Numbered from the stretch's first letter, positions 10,806 through 21,411 are shown. The stretch: 64,000 nt of DNA from Promethearchaeota archaeon (GCA_016839705.1 JAEOTR010000024.1:1-64000); one strand, 5' to 3'. Notes: generated by a model not told the origin, from the sequence alone. Numbers and translations: made by a program.

Positions 10806-11138
10806 AAAGACGCTTGAGATATATACCCACCCTTCTGTACTGCATCCGTCACCAGATGACAGTTGGAGCATCAAACTATGCGGCCTACCTAAAGCTAGCT
10901 CCAAGTACTTTATCGCTTTCATTTGGCCTTGCACCAAGGTTTTAGCTCGTTCCAACCATTCCCTCCTACTATTTCTTTGGCTTATATCCAAGTCATAAAC
11001 ATGCGTAAGAAGGCAGTGTCGTTTCAGTTGCTAAAATACGATTCTCACCGTAGTAGTTTTCTACACCTTGCTTGGAGTGTGGGGTGAGGTTCCTCAGCGG
11101 GTTAAACCCACCGTCAGCTCCATATCTCACTCGTCTTT
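10806..11138 (-). ncRNA. rnpB: RNase P RNA (archaeal)
   Basis: GC-rich island. On the minus strand the terminal P1 pairs AAAGACGAGUGAGAUAU with AUAUCUCAAGCGUCUUU. CR-I GAGGAACCUCACCC and CR-V ACAGAAGGGUGGGUAU form P4 with a bulged U. UGAAACG and GCAAGGCCAAAU motifs are present. Confidence 0.9.
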
Positions 11139-11263
11139 AATAAAGAAGTAAGATTACCATTTAAATTTTATTTTCTCTGCTTGTGAATAAACAAATTTTT
11201 ACTTCAGAACGAGTAATAATTTAAAATAAATGAGATTAAATCTAATCTACAATTTTTAAAGAT

Positions 11264-12091
11264 ATGAGAAAAGTTCAATTAGGTAAAACAAGAGAACAAA
11301 TCCCAGTTCTTGGACAAGGAACTATGGGTATTAAGTCAGGAAAAGACAAAGAATATTATGAAAAATGGAAAGCTTCACTCAGGAGGGGAATTGAGCTCGG
11401 AATGACTCATATTGATACCGCAGAGCTTTACAATTTTGGAGCTTCAGAACGAACGATTGGAGAAGTTATAAAGGAATATGGTAGAGATGATGTGTTTATT
11501 ACTAGTAAGTTATTTCCAAGACATCTTGGTTACAATTCAATGTTAAAAGCGTGTAATAAAAGTTTAGAACGGTTAGATACCAAATACTTAGATTTATATT
11601 TAGTTCACTTTCCTTCATTAGGATTCTCAAAAATTAAGAAACATATGAGAGTGATGGAGCAACTTTTAAATGAAGGCAAAATAAGATATATCGGGGTAAG
11701 TAACTATTCCATTGATCAATTTAAGGAGGCCCAAGAATGTCTCAAAAAAGCAGAGATTGTCACAAACCAACTTCGCGCAAACATAATGAAACAAAAACAT
11801 ATTCATAATTCATTACCTTATTATAAAAAAGAAGGAATTATTTTAACGGCATATAGTCCTTTAGGTCACAGAGGATACACAAATTTAAAGGAAGATATCA
11901 AATCTAAATTGGAGCAAGTGGCTAAATCGCATAATGCGACTATTCAACAAATCACACTTGCATGGCTTATCAATCATGAAAATGTTATAGCAATTCCTAA
12001 AGCGTTTCAAATCAATCATATAAAAGATAATGCGGCGGCGGCAAATATAAATTTAACAGAAACAGAAATTAAACAATTTTACACAGAATAA
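11264..12091 (+). CDS. Aldo/keto reductase
   Basis: LGQGT, IDTAELY, SK, DLYLVHFP, IGVSN, AYSPLG, AIPKA. Confidence 0.92.
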   Translation: MRKVQLGKTREQIPVLGQGTMGIKSGKDKEYYEKWKASLRRGIELGMTHIDTAELYNFGASERTIGEVIKEYGRDDVFITSKLFPRHLGYNSMLKACNKSLERLDTKYLDLYLVHFPSLGFSKIKKHMRVMEQLLNEGKIRYIGVSNYSIDQFKEAQECLKKAEIVTNQLRANIMKQKHIHNSLPYYKKEGIILTAYSPLGHRGYTNLKEDIKSKLEQVAKSHNATIQQITLAWLINHENVIAIPKAFQINHIKDNAAAANINLTETEIKQFYTE

Positions 12092-12107
12092 TCAAGCTTA
12101 TCATATT

Positions 12108-12908
12108 TTAAACACTACGATTAATATCTAGTTCATAGGATATTATATCGCAAAATTTTTTAAAACCTAATTTTCTATAAACCTTTTCACCTAAAGCAGA
12201 CGCTTGAAGCACTCCAACTCTGTACCCCATTTTATACCCATCTAATAAAGCCCTCATACTTATCGCAAGGCCAAATCCCCGCCCTCTGTATTCTTTTAAT
12301 GTCGATACAGCATGAAAACCCGCCACTCCTGAAGACAAGTAAAGCATTAAAGATGTGACTGGCTTTCCCTCAAAATTTCCGATATAGAACCTTGCTTCAG
12401 GCTCTAAAATTAAGTATTCCAATAATTCATAATCAACTTTTAGGTTAAAAACTGTTGAAACAACATCAATCCACTGCTTAAGATGCTTTTTATCCTCGAT
12501 AATTTCAATATTTAACCCATTTTTGGTTACTACGTGATTAGCAATATCTTCTAGTTCGAGTGCCATTCCTGCTTGATGGTAAACATTTGAAAAACCAAAC
12601 TTCTCTAGAATACTACCTAAATTTTTTGGCGTTGTCAATGGTCCTACTATCCATCCATTAGGTGCTGAACCTTCTCGAATAAGTTTTATTACTGTGGATA
12701 TCTCATGTTCCAGAGCTAAGTTCCCAATATCGGCTCTAAAAATGCTTTCAGGCCAGTCTGCTTCCTTAGCTACAACCCAACTAATTTTTTTTTCTAAGTG
12801 AGAACTGAAATTGGAATGTATTGAAGCCTTAATGTAAAAATCATCTAAATTATTCTCAATATAGTAATTAATAGATTTTGATGAGATTTTTTTTAAAATA
12901 TCCTTCAA
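12108..12908 (-). CDS. GNAT N-acetyltransferase
   Basis: C-terminal VSTLKEYRGRGFG acetyl-CoA motif, LQASALGEKVYRKLGF. Confidence 0.85.
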   Translation of the reverse strand: MKDILKKISSKSINYYIENNLDDFYIKASIHSNFSSHLEKKISWVVAKEADWPESIFRADIGNLALEHEISTVIKLIREGSAPNGWIVGPLTTPKNLGSILEKFGFSNVYHQAGMALELEDIANHVVTKNGLNIEIIEDKKHLKQWIDVVSTVFNLKVDYELLEYLILEPEARFYIGNFEGKPVTSLMLYLSSGVAGFHAVSTLKEYRGRGFGLAISMRALLDGYKMGYRVGVLQASALGEKVYRKLGFKKFCDIISYELDINRSV

Positions 12909-12991
12909 AATTTCACCCTTATATTAGTTTACAATTGAAAAAAAATAAAAAAAAAAATACTTTATTACTTTGGAAATTTTTCAGTACAGAT

Positions 12992-15106
12992 TTAGAGTAA
13001 TAACAGCCCAGCGCCTAGATTGAATATTGGTAATAACAGCAATCCCATGAAAATTGAGGCAGTTAAAGACATTACTACTAACAGAGTGTTTATACTTGGC
13101 CCTGCTGTGTCCTTGAAAGGATCACCAACTGTATCACCAGTTATACTTGCTTTATGAATCTCAGTTCCCTTTCCACCTAAGTTACCATCTTCAATCCACT
13201 TCTTTGCGTTATCCCATGCTCCACCGCTGTTTGACATCATTACAGCGAAAACAAATCCAGAAAGAATAGCACCAGCTAAGAAAGCACCTAAAGCAGCAAC
13301 ACCGAATAAAATCCCCACAGTAATAGGTATTACTATTGAAATAATGCTAGGTAAGATTAGTTCTCTTAATGAACCCTTTGTCGCTATATCAATTGTTTTG
13401 CTGAAATCTGCAGCCTCTTCACCTGTTAAAATTTTAGGATTTTCTTCGAATTGTCTTCGAATTTCATCTACCATTTTTGCCGCATTTCTTTGAACTGCTA
13501 AGATTAACAATGCTGAAAACAAAGCAGGGACTACAACACCAATGAAAGCACCGATTAGGACATTTATATCCAATAGATTAATACCCGTCAAGATTATTCC
13601 CGCCTCTTCAGTAAAGGAGAAAAGCAATGCTAGTACGGTTAAGTTAGCAGCACCTATAGCAAATCCTTTGGTAATTGCTTTGGCAGTATTTCCTGCGGAA
13701 TCTAAACGATCTGCTGTACGGATGACATCTTCTCCTAAGTCTCCTTGCTCAGCTATTCCTCTTGCGTTATCAACAATAGGACCATAGGCATCATTTGATA
13801 CGATAGTTCCTACAATAGATAACATCCCCACAGCTGCCATTGCTACGCCAAATACACCAGCTAACCAAAATGCAACAGCCATTGCAAGAATAACTCCCAA
13901 TGCTGGAGGAACAACGCTTATTAGACCATATGAAAATCCAGAAAGAATTACAACAGCATGTCCCTCTTTTGCGGCATTAGCTATGTTTCTTGTTGGTTTC
14001 TTATCATCTCGGGTAAAGTAATCACTAGTAAATCCTAAAATAATACCCGCTATCAGCCCAATTGCTGAAGTTCCCCAGATACGCCATAATAAACCTATTT
14101 CTTCTGCTACTAACCCAATTGATAAGAGAAAAGTAAACAAAGCAGATAATCCAAAATACACTACGGTTGCAAGATATGTTCCTGTATTTAATGCTTTCCC
14201 AGGCTCATCAGAACCCTTCAGTTTTATTAAGTAAATTCCGATCAACGAAGCCATTAATCCAACGGCACATAAAATTAAAGGTGTTATTATGAGGCGTGCT
14301 ATTCCTTCTTCGGTTAAAGTAATGTTCCCAAAAGGGAAAACAACAATACCTATACTAAAAGCAGCAGCAAGCATCATAGCAGCAACTATAGAGGCAACAT
14401 AAGAATCAAATAGGTCACTTCCCATACCAGCTATATCTCCAACATTATCACCAACGTTATCTGCGATTGTTGCGGGATTTCGTGGATCATCTTCAGGAAG
14501 ATCATATTCTGCCTTCCCAACCAAATCAGCACCCACGTCAGCAGTTTTAGTGAAAATACCTCCTCCACATTTCATAAAGAGCGCAATACTGCTTGCACCA
14601 AAACTAAATCCTAATACTACTATTGGTGTTTGAAATATCCAGTAAATAATTGACACTCCAATTAGAGCAACGCCGACAACTGCTAATCCCATAACAGCTC
14701 CTCCGAAAAAAGCAATATCAAATCCTTTTTTAGTGCTTATAGTACAACCTTGAGCTGCTCTAGTATTTGCTTTCACCCCCACATACATTCCTAACCATCC
14801 TGCCAACATAGATCCTACTGCGCCAATCAAATACGCAATTGCTTGTTCCCAATTTAAAGCACCAGGATTAATTTGGGAAGGAAGTGCAAAAATGATTACT
14901 AAAAAGAGCGCAGCTACAAATATACCTAATATTTTATACTGTATTTTTATATAAGTTTTCGCTCCTTCCTCGATGTATCCTGCAACTTCTTGCATCCTTT
15001 CATTGCCAGGATCTTCTTTTAAGACCAAGTATCTGAAATATAACGCCATCCCTATAGAAATAATTCCTGCGATTAATGCAACGATTAAAATTATTGGTAC
15101 AGCCAT
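12992..15106 (-). CDS. hppA: Membrane-bound ion-translocating pyrophosphatase, predicted K+-independent
   Basis: GGIFTKTADVGADLVGK, EDDPRNPATIADNVGDNVGD, GDTVGDPFKD; GNTAKA carries Lys at the K+-dependence site. Confidence 0.95.
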   Translation of the reverse strand: MAVPIILIVALIAGIISIGMALYFRYLVLKEDPGNERMQEVAGYIEEGAKTYIKIQYKILGIFVAALFLVIIFALPSQINPGALNWEQAIAYLIGAVGSMLAGWLGMYVGVKANTRAAQGCTISTKKGFDIAFFGGAVMGLAVVGVALIGVSIIYWIFQTPIVVLGFSFGASSIALFMKCGGGIFTKTADVGADLVGKAEYDLPEDDPRNPATIADNVGDNVGDIAGMGSDLFDSYVASIVAAMMLAAAFSIGIVVFPFGNITLTEEGIARLIITPLILCAVGLMASLIGIYLIKLKGSDEPGKALNTGTYLATVVYFGLSALFTFLLSIGLVAEEIGLLWRIWGTSAIGLIAGIILGFTSDYFTRDDKKPTRNIANAAKEGHAVVILSGFSYGLISVVPPALGVILAMAVAFWLAGVFGVAMAAVGMLSIVGTIVSNDAYGPIVDNARGIAEQGDLGEDVIRTADRLDSAGNTAKAITKGFAIGAANLTVLALLFSFTEEAGIILTGINLLDINVLIGAFIGVVVPALFSALLILAVQRNAAKMVDEIRRQFEENPKILTGEEAADFSKTIDIATKGSLRELILPSIISIVIPITVGILFGVAALGAFLAGAILSGFVFAVMMSNSGGAWDNAKKWIEDGNLGGKGTEIHKASITGDTVGDPFKDTAGPSINTLLVVMSLTASIFMGLLLLPIFNLGAGLLLL

Positions 15107-15339
15107 AATTTTTCACTTAATTTTTAGTTTTTTCTTAAATTTTTTATAAATCAATATTACAATAATATCAAACAAAATTTCCTAAATCATTAAAACATTT
15201 TGAATTGGGGTAGGATCATTCTTCTGAGAAAAAGTAAAACATTATAAATCGAACTGAATGTTTATTAATCATTTAAAGTAATTAATATTAGACATTTAAG
15301 GTCGAAATTGAAAATAATTAGGAGTATAACTGATCCTTA

Positions 15340-18300
15340 ATGACATTAGCTGAAAGTGAAGAGTTATTAATTGAAAAAGCAAGAGAAGAAGAAAGAAATT
15401 TTAATTGGTTTGAAGCGGTTGCTTTATATCAAAAAGCATTGACCTACTATTTAGATGAGAATTTAATTGAAAAAGCCGCTTTTTGTTATAGAAGCATTGG
15501 AGATGCTTATATCCAAGGTTCATTTACAGTAGAAACAGGAGAAGATTATTTGATTAATACTAAGGAAGCTATTAAGGCAAATGAAAAAGCAAAAGATCTT
15601 TTTATGCAAATTGAAAATAAATCTTACGAGTTAGAATGTGAAGCATCATCCTTAAAATTAAGTGCTTTACTTTCAGCTTCAGATCTAGAAGCTGAAAAGG
15701 CATTTCGCGAAGCTTGCAAGCTTTTAATTGAAGCTTCTCAAATTCTTTCTATGGAGAATAACCCAAACCGTGTTGCAAGAATTTTTAATGAAATTGCGGA
15801 CACAATGTACATGCTTTCGTGTTATAGTATTGATCAAGAAGAGTTCAAGCAGATTAATAAGCAGGGGAGAGAATATGGCACAAAAGCTAAACAGATCTCA
15901 TTTGAAATTGAAGATGTTCAGAATTACTCTATTGCATTTAATTTAGAAATTCTTCATAATTTTAATGAAATATATAATACTAATTTTAAGGAGAATGATT
16001 ATTGGAGGGATTACATAAAGAATTTCTTATTAGAATGTGAGAACGGTATTGACTTTGTTAATAAGTATGAAGATCCATATTCCCTTGGACTAATATATAC
16101 AGCAGCTGGATTTTGGTTTTGTGGTTATGCATATCAGTTTATTGAAAATGAAAGGGAACAAGAGATATATCTTTCCAAAGGAATGGATTTGTTGGAAAAG
16201 GGCTTAGATTTCATCAGAAAAACAAAAAATAAAGCAAGAATAGTAGGATGTCTTTTCTATATAGATTATTTTGCAATGTTTAGTGGCAGAATCAATTATT
16301 TACAAAAAAGAATTCTCAATGACATTAATGAATGTATAGAGTTAGGGAGAATTTATAGTTTATCTAATCACCCACAACGGAATATGGGAAATGTTGTACC
16401 GGCTTTATATTATACTAATTCTTCTCAGAGGAGATTTTTTACCGGCTCTCAACGCAAAACTTATGCTGAAAAAGGAATCAAATTCGCAACAGAAGTTTTG
16501 AATGGACCAAGAATATCTCCTATGCTTACTGCCTGGCTATACCAAGGTTTAGTATTAGCTTATTCCCAACTTACTATTCTTGCGGAATCAAAAACAGAGC
16601 AAGAAAAATTTGCCCAAATTATGCTTCAGCAGGCAGAGGAAGCAAAAGAATTCGGTTTACAATATGAAGGGGGATTTCCTCAGGCGGGTGGTTATACTAG
16701 TCTTTATAAGGCTCATAAAACTCTTGCAGATATTGCCAAAAAGAAAGATGTAAGGATCTCTCATCTTAAGAAGGCGATAGATGCTCAAAAAAGATCAATC
16801 AATTTTGCTATGTTGTCACGAACTGGGGCTCTTACAGAGCAAATGAGACTTGGATTATTATTTGAAGAATTAGGTATTATAACGAGAGATGTTTCTGATT
16901 TAGATCAAGCTCGAGATATTTTTCTCCATACGATAAAAGAAAGTGCTGATAGAAAATATTTTTCTTATGAAGCAGCAAGCTATCAATATATAGCTCGTAT
17001 AGAAGATCGCCTGGGTAATTACATGATTTCTGCTGAAAGTTATAGGAAAGCTCAGGAAGCATATCATAAGTCATTAGAAATGATACAATATAAGCTTTTA
17101 AAAAATAGGATCACTGAAAAATATAATTATGTAAGAGCTTGGAGTTTGATTGAAGAAGCCAAATCGCTTCATACTCGTGAAAATCATCTCCAATCCAAGG
17201 AATATTATGAGAAGGCTCAAGATATATTAAAAGATTTACGTAGTTACGCCTATGAAGCTTCTTATTATTCTGGATGGATATCATTGGAGGAAGCAGAACA
17301 ACTGAGTAAACAAGAAAAGCACGAAGAAGCTATCGAAAGCTTTAAAAAGACGGGAAAAATATTCGAAGAAGCAATTAAAACATTAATAAAATCCCATGAG
17401 CGATCAAGAGAAAAGTTTGATAAGGAGAGAATAAATAAATTTGAAAAAATAGCTCAGGTAAGGGTGAATCATTGTAACGCGAGAGTGAACCTTGAAGAAG
17501 CAAGGATTTCAGGAAAGCAGGGGGAACATATCGCAGCTGCAGAAAAATTTGCGCTTGCCTCATCTCAATTCAGAGATATTTGCATTGTGTTTAAAATCAA
17601 GCGAGAAAGAGAGGAATTAGAAGCTGTTTATTACCTTTGTAGAGCTTGGGAAAATATGGAACTAGCTGAAGAATATGGAGACCCACGCAGATTTTCTGAA
17701 GCAGCAGGATTGTTTGCAGAAGCTAGTGATCTTTTTACTGATACAAAATTAAAATTATTAGCTTCTGGGAATTCAACTTTTTGTCAAGCTCTTGAATATG
17801 GGTGCAAATTTGATGAATCTATTGATATCAACCTAAAAAAAGATTTATATCCAAAAGTTAAACAGATGCTTAGTAAAGCAGCTAATTCATATGAGAAGGG
17901 AGGATTTGAGAGTGGTGCTGACTGGGCACAAGCAACTTCAATTTATTTTGATGCCGCATGGCACCTAATCAAAGCTGATGAAGAGACAGATCTTCAAGAA
18001 AAAGGAAATCTTTTAAGAATAGGAGCACAATATTTAAAGTCTGCGGTGGAACTATTTGGGAAAACTGGTAATAAAGATAAGGAGAAAGAAGTTCAGGATC
18101 GATTGAATAGAGTTGAAAAAGAAGAATTAATTCTTATTTCAGCATTGAGTACAATAAAAGAACCTTCAATTTCCCGAAGCACTATGGGTATAGTAGCACC
18201 TGCTTGTCCTCATGAGAGTAGCCAATCTCCCCGATTAAGTGAAACTCGTCAGTTTAGTGATGAAGAAAGAAGAGGACAAATAGAAAGACTAGATGGAAAA

Positions 18301-19176
18301 AAATATCAATTAATCTATAGAGACTTGTTTAAAGAATTTCCTAAAGTTCAAAAAAGAGAATGTAGAGTAGGAATTGCCCAAATAGGTGTTTCTGAGACGG
18401 GAAATATTATGAAAGAACTCTTTGAAATGAAATCTTCGGGGCTCTTGAGTATAAAAGAAGATAAAATTGAAGAACTAATAATTAAAGTAAAAGATATGAT
18501 TGAAAAGGCACATAAGGAGGGAATAAATGTCTTACTCTTCCCAGAAATGACAATGGATCTTAACTACGGTGAACTACTTGAAGAGATATCAAATATATCT
18601 AAGTTATACGAAATGTATATAATTCCAGGCTCATTTCATGACCAAGAAACAAAACGAAACATCAGCAAGGTGTTTGGACCAGAAGGAATTCTTTGGGAAC
18701 AAGAAAAACATATCCCTGCAATTATCAGTACTGGTGAAGGAGTTCGTTTCAAAGAGGGGATAGAAGTTAGTAATTTACCTCGAAATACAATCGTATGCAA
18801 CACAGAATATGGAAGAATAGCAATCGCAATTTGTAGGGATTTTCTTGACATGGATCTAAGAGTCGAATTGAAAAATTTTGAACCTCCCGTAGATATCATT
18901 TTAAATCCAGCATTCACTCCAGTAACAGCAGATTTTAAAGCAATCCATTTTGATGCGCGTCGATCCATTTATGCATATTCATTTTTCGCTAATATTGGTG
19001 AATTCGGGGAATCTCTTATCTATACTCCAGAAAAAGATCGAACTGAGCGAATTATTCCCCCAAAGCAAGAAGGTTTAATCTTTAAAGACATAGATTTATT
19101 CAAGCTTCGATCAGAACGAAAAAAATGGGAAAAAGAGCAGAGCAAAGAACGTTCATTTATTCAGAGCACAAGGTAA
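15340..19176 (+). CDS. Large TPR/alpha-solenoid protein with C-terminal nitrilase (carbon-nitrogen hydrolase) domain
   Basis: ~950 aa of helical repeats, then VGIAQ, LLFPEM, QEKH, IAICRDF (E-K-C triad). Confidence 0.8.
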   Translation: MTLAESEELLIEKAREEERNFNWFEAVALYQKALTYYLDENLIEKAAFCYRSIGDAYIQGSFTVETGEDYLINTKEAIKANEKAKDLFMQIENKSYELECEASSLKLSALLSASDLEAEKAFREACKLLIEASQILSMENNPNRVARIFNEIADTMYMLSCYSIDQEEFKQINKQGREYGTKAKQISFEIEDVQNYSIAFNLEILHNFNEIYNTNFKENDYWRDYIKNFLLECENGIDFVNKYEDPYSLGLIYTAAGFWFCGYAYQFIENEREQEIYLSKGMDLLEKGLDFIRKTKNKARIVGCLFYIDYFAMFSGRINYLQKRILNDINECIELGRIYSLSNHPQRNMGNVVPALYYTNSSQRRFFTGSQRKTYAEKGIKFATEVLNGPRISPMLTAWLYQGLVLAYSQLTILAESKTEQEKFAQIMLQQAEEAKEFGLQYEGGFPQAGGYTSLYKAHKTLADIAKKKDVRISHLKKAIDAQKRSINFAMLSRTGALTEQMRLGLLFEELGIITRDVSDLDQARDIFLHTIKESADRKYFSYEAASYQYIARIEDRLGNYMISAESYRKAQEAYHKSLEMIQYKLLKNRITEKYNYVRAWSLIEEAKSLHTRENHLQSKEYYEKAQDILKDLRSYAYEASYYSGWISLEEAEQLSKQEKHEEAIESFKKTGKIFEEAIKTLIKSHERSREKFDKERINKFEKIAQVRVNHCNARVNLEEARISGKQGEHIAAAEKFALASSQFRDICIVFKIKREREELEAVYYLCRAWENMELAEEYGDPRRFSEAAGLFAEASDLFTDTKLKLLASGNSTFCQALEYGCKFDESIDINLKKDLYPKVKQMLSKAANSYEKGGFESGADWAQATSIYFDAAWHLIKADEETDLQEKGNLLRIGAQYLKSAVELFGKTGNKDKEKEVQDRLNRVEKEELILISALSTIKEPSISRSTMGIVAPACPHESSQSPRLSETRQFSDEERRGQIERLDGKKYQLIYRDLFKEFPKVQKRECRVGIAQIGVSETGNIMKELFEMKSSGLLSIKEDKIEELIIKVKDMIEKAHKEGINVLLFPEMTMDLNYGELLEEISNISKLYEMYIIPGSFHDQETKRNISKVFGPEGILWEQEKHIPAIISTGEGVRFKEGIEVSNLPRNTIVCNTEYGRIAIAICRDFLDMDLRVELKNFEPPVDIILNPAFTPVTADFKAIHFDARRSIYAYSFFANIGEFGESLIYTPEKDRTERIIPPKQEGLIFKDIDLFKLRSERKKWEKEQSKERSFIQSTR

Positions 19177-19354
19177 AACTAATTTTTTGAGTTAATATTT
19201 ACACAGAGATAATATGATTAATATTTACAAAGAAATAGTATAATTATAATCTTAAATTATCCTCGACATTATAACTTTATATATTCTGAAAGATATCTCA
19301 AAAGGTAAGAGGTTTATCTTCGATAAAATTTACAATTTTTATTCAGAGGTAAGG

Positions 19355-20302
19355 ATGATGGATGAATATAAGTGTGAAGTATTGATTATTGGATCTGGTC
19401 CAGCTGGTTTAAGTGCGGGAGTCTATTGTGCTCGAGCAAATAGAGATGTAATTATTCTTGATGGAAAAGAATTACCAGCATTAGTACAGGCAAAAGAAAT
19501 ACAAAATTGGCCGGGAGAAATTGATATTAAGGGAAAGCATCTATTAGAGAAATTTAAAAAACATACAGAGAGTTATTCAGAAAATATTAGAATTATGAAT
19601 GGTGATGTAATCTCTTTAATGATTGGAATGGGTGTAAATAGGATATCAACCAGAACAGCGAGTTTTACCTCTAATGTTGTTATTATTGCTAGTGGTAGAG
19701 GTACACGAAAAGAAATAATAAAAGGAGAGGGGAAATTACTTGGATTTGGTGTTTCCTATAGTGCTTTAAGTGATGGTCCATCATATAAAGATAAAGTTGT
19801 CTACTTATTCGGAAAAGACGATGAAACATTAGAAGATGCATTATCTCTTAATCAAATGGGATGTTTAGTGAGAATAATTACAAATGTTGGAATTGAAGAA
19901 TTACCTGAAAAGGTAGATCAAGTAAAAGAAGCGGGAATTGAAATTTTTGAAAATATGGAAGTAATTGAAGCAATTCCAGATTCAGATGGGATGATTCAAA
20001 AAATAGTTTGCAGGACCATTATGCCTGAACCTGAAGATAATGAAGAATTAAAGGAATTTGAATTAAGTTGTTTATTTATACTATCTCACGTCTCCTCAAA
20101 TTCAATGTTCAAAAAAGCGGGAGTAGAATTAGATGATAAGGGAAATATAAAGGTTGATAATGAACAAAAAACTAATATTGAAGGAATTTATGCTGCTGGA
20201 GATTGTACAGGAGGTGTTTTTCAAGTTGTTTTTGCTACAGCAGAAGGTGCACGAGCGGGAATAAATGCATGTAAATATCTTCGGCATTTAAAGAAAGAAT
20301 GA
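19355..20302 (+). CDS. Thioredoxin-reductase-like flavoprotein lacking CxxC and the NADPH motif
   Basis: GSGPAG and TNIEGIYAAGD FAD motifs are intact; SYSALSDG replaces SYCATCDG. Confidence 0.8.
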   Translation: MMDEYKCEVLIIGSGPAGLSAGVYCARANRDVIILDGKELPALVQAKEIQNWPGEIDIKGKHLLEKFKKHTESYSENIRIMNGDVISLMIGMGVNRISTRTASFTSNVVIIASGRGTRKEIIKGEGKLLGFGVSYSALSDGPSYKDKVVYLFGKDDETLEDALSLNQMGCLVRIITNVGIEELPEKVDQVKEAGIEIFENMEVIEAIPDSDGMIQKIVCRTIMPEPEDNEELKEFELSCLFILSHVSSNSMFKKAGVELDDKGNIKVDNEQKTNIEGIYAAGDCTGGVFQVVFATAEGARAGINACKYLRHLKKE

Positions 20303-20391
20303 ATTAACCCCAAAAAGAATTGAAAAAAAAAATTTAAACATTCACTAAAATTATTATATATAGAATTAACGCAAAATAGAGGAGATTTAAA

Positions 20392-21333
20392 TTGTCAAAT
20401 AAACCTGAATTTGATTTAGTAATTATCGGCGGTGGACCGGCAGGATTAACAGCTGCAATCTATGGCGGAAGAATGGGTTTAGAAACTGCTCTCTATGAGG
20501 GTAAAGGTTTTGGAGGTTTAGCTGGAACAGCTCCCAAGATTGAGAATTATCCCGGATTTATTAGTATCAATGGTCTTGAATTAACAGAAAAAATGAGGGA
20601 GCAAGCTGAAAATTGGGGAGCTAATTTCTTTTATGAGGAAGTTTCAGCAATCAATCCAAACGAAATGACCATAACTACATATGGTGGAGACATTAAGGCT
20701 AAAGCGATTATAATTGCTACAGGTTCAAAGCATTTAACACTTGGATTACCAAATGAGTTTGAATTAGTAGGCAATGGGATATCTTACTGCGCTACGTGTG
20801 ATGGCCCTTTATTTCGGGATCAAGAAGTTGCTGCGGTGGGTGGGGGTAATGCCGCAGGATTAGAAGTAATTTATCTATCAAATGTAGCAAAAAAAGTATA
20901 TCTCATTCATAGACGTCACTGTATGAGAGCAGAAGCATGTATAGCAGATGAGGTCGATTCATTAGAAAATGTATTCCCAATGTATAATAGTGTTATTGAA
21001 GAAGCGATAACGAAAGACGATAAATTGGGAGCCTTAAAAATTAAAAACATTGAGACTGGGGAAATTTCTGATATAGATGTAAATGCACTCTTCATCGCAA
21101 TAGGAGTTGAGCCGCAGAGTGCCTTAGCAGAAAAGGCAGGAATAGAGCTTGAGGAGAATAATTGTATTAAAGTTAATAAAAATCAAGAAACTAACTTTCC
21201 AGGGATATATGCTGCAGGAGATGTGACAGGGGGAATACGACAAGTAACAACTGCAGTTGGGGAAGCAACCACAGCAGCAATGAATGCCTTCCTTTATATT
21301 AAACAAGGTTGGTATGGAGATGGAGTAAAATAA
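20392..21333 (+). CDS. trxB: Thioredoxin-disulfide reductase
   Basis: GGGPAG, SYCATCDG, GGGNAA, HRR, AAGD; TTG start after a GGAG RBS. Confidence 0.93.
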   Translation: MSNKPEFDLVIIGGGPAGLTAAIYGGRMGLETALYEGKGFGGLAGTAPKIENYPGFISINGLELTEKMREQAENWGANFFYEEVSAINPNEMTITTYGGDIKAKAIIIATGSKHLTLGLPNEFELVGNGISYCATCDGPLFRDQEVAAVGGGNAAGLEVIYLSNVAKKVYLIHRRHCMRAEACIADEVDSLENVFPMYNSVIEEAITKDDKLGALKIKNIETGEISDIDVNALFIAIGVEPQSALAEKAGIELEENNCIKVNKNQETNFPGIYAAGDVTGGIRQVTTAVGEATTAAMNAFLYIKQGWYGDGVK

Positions 21334-21383
21334 TAGAAAAACAACTCCCTCGCTAAAAGCTATCATTGGATTGTATGTCACCT

Positions 21384-21411
21384 TGATATTACACTCTATT
21401 ATGTAATATCA
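21384..21411. promoter_or_regulatory. 28-bp inverted repeat upstream of xerA (candidate Xer binding or operator site)
   Basis: TGATATTACA-ctctatta-TGTAATATCA, perfect 10-bp arms, ending 19 bp before the xerA ATG. Confidence 0.45.

Noticed and set aside
10730-10991. Two 71-aa ORFs (10730-10945 +, 10776-10991 -)
   Set aside because: They overlap the RNase P RNA and have no protein motifs; they are artefacts of the GC-rich RNA gene
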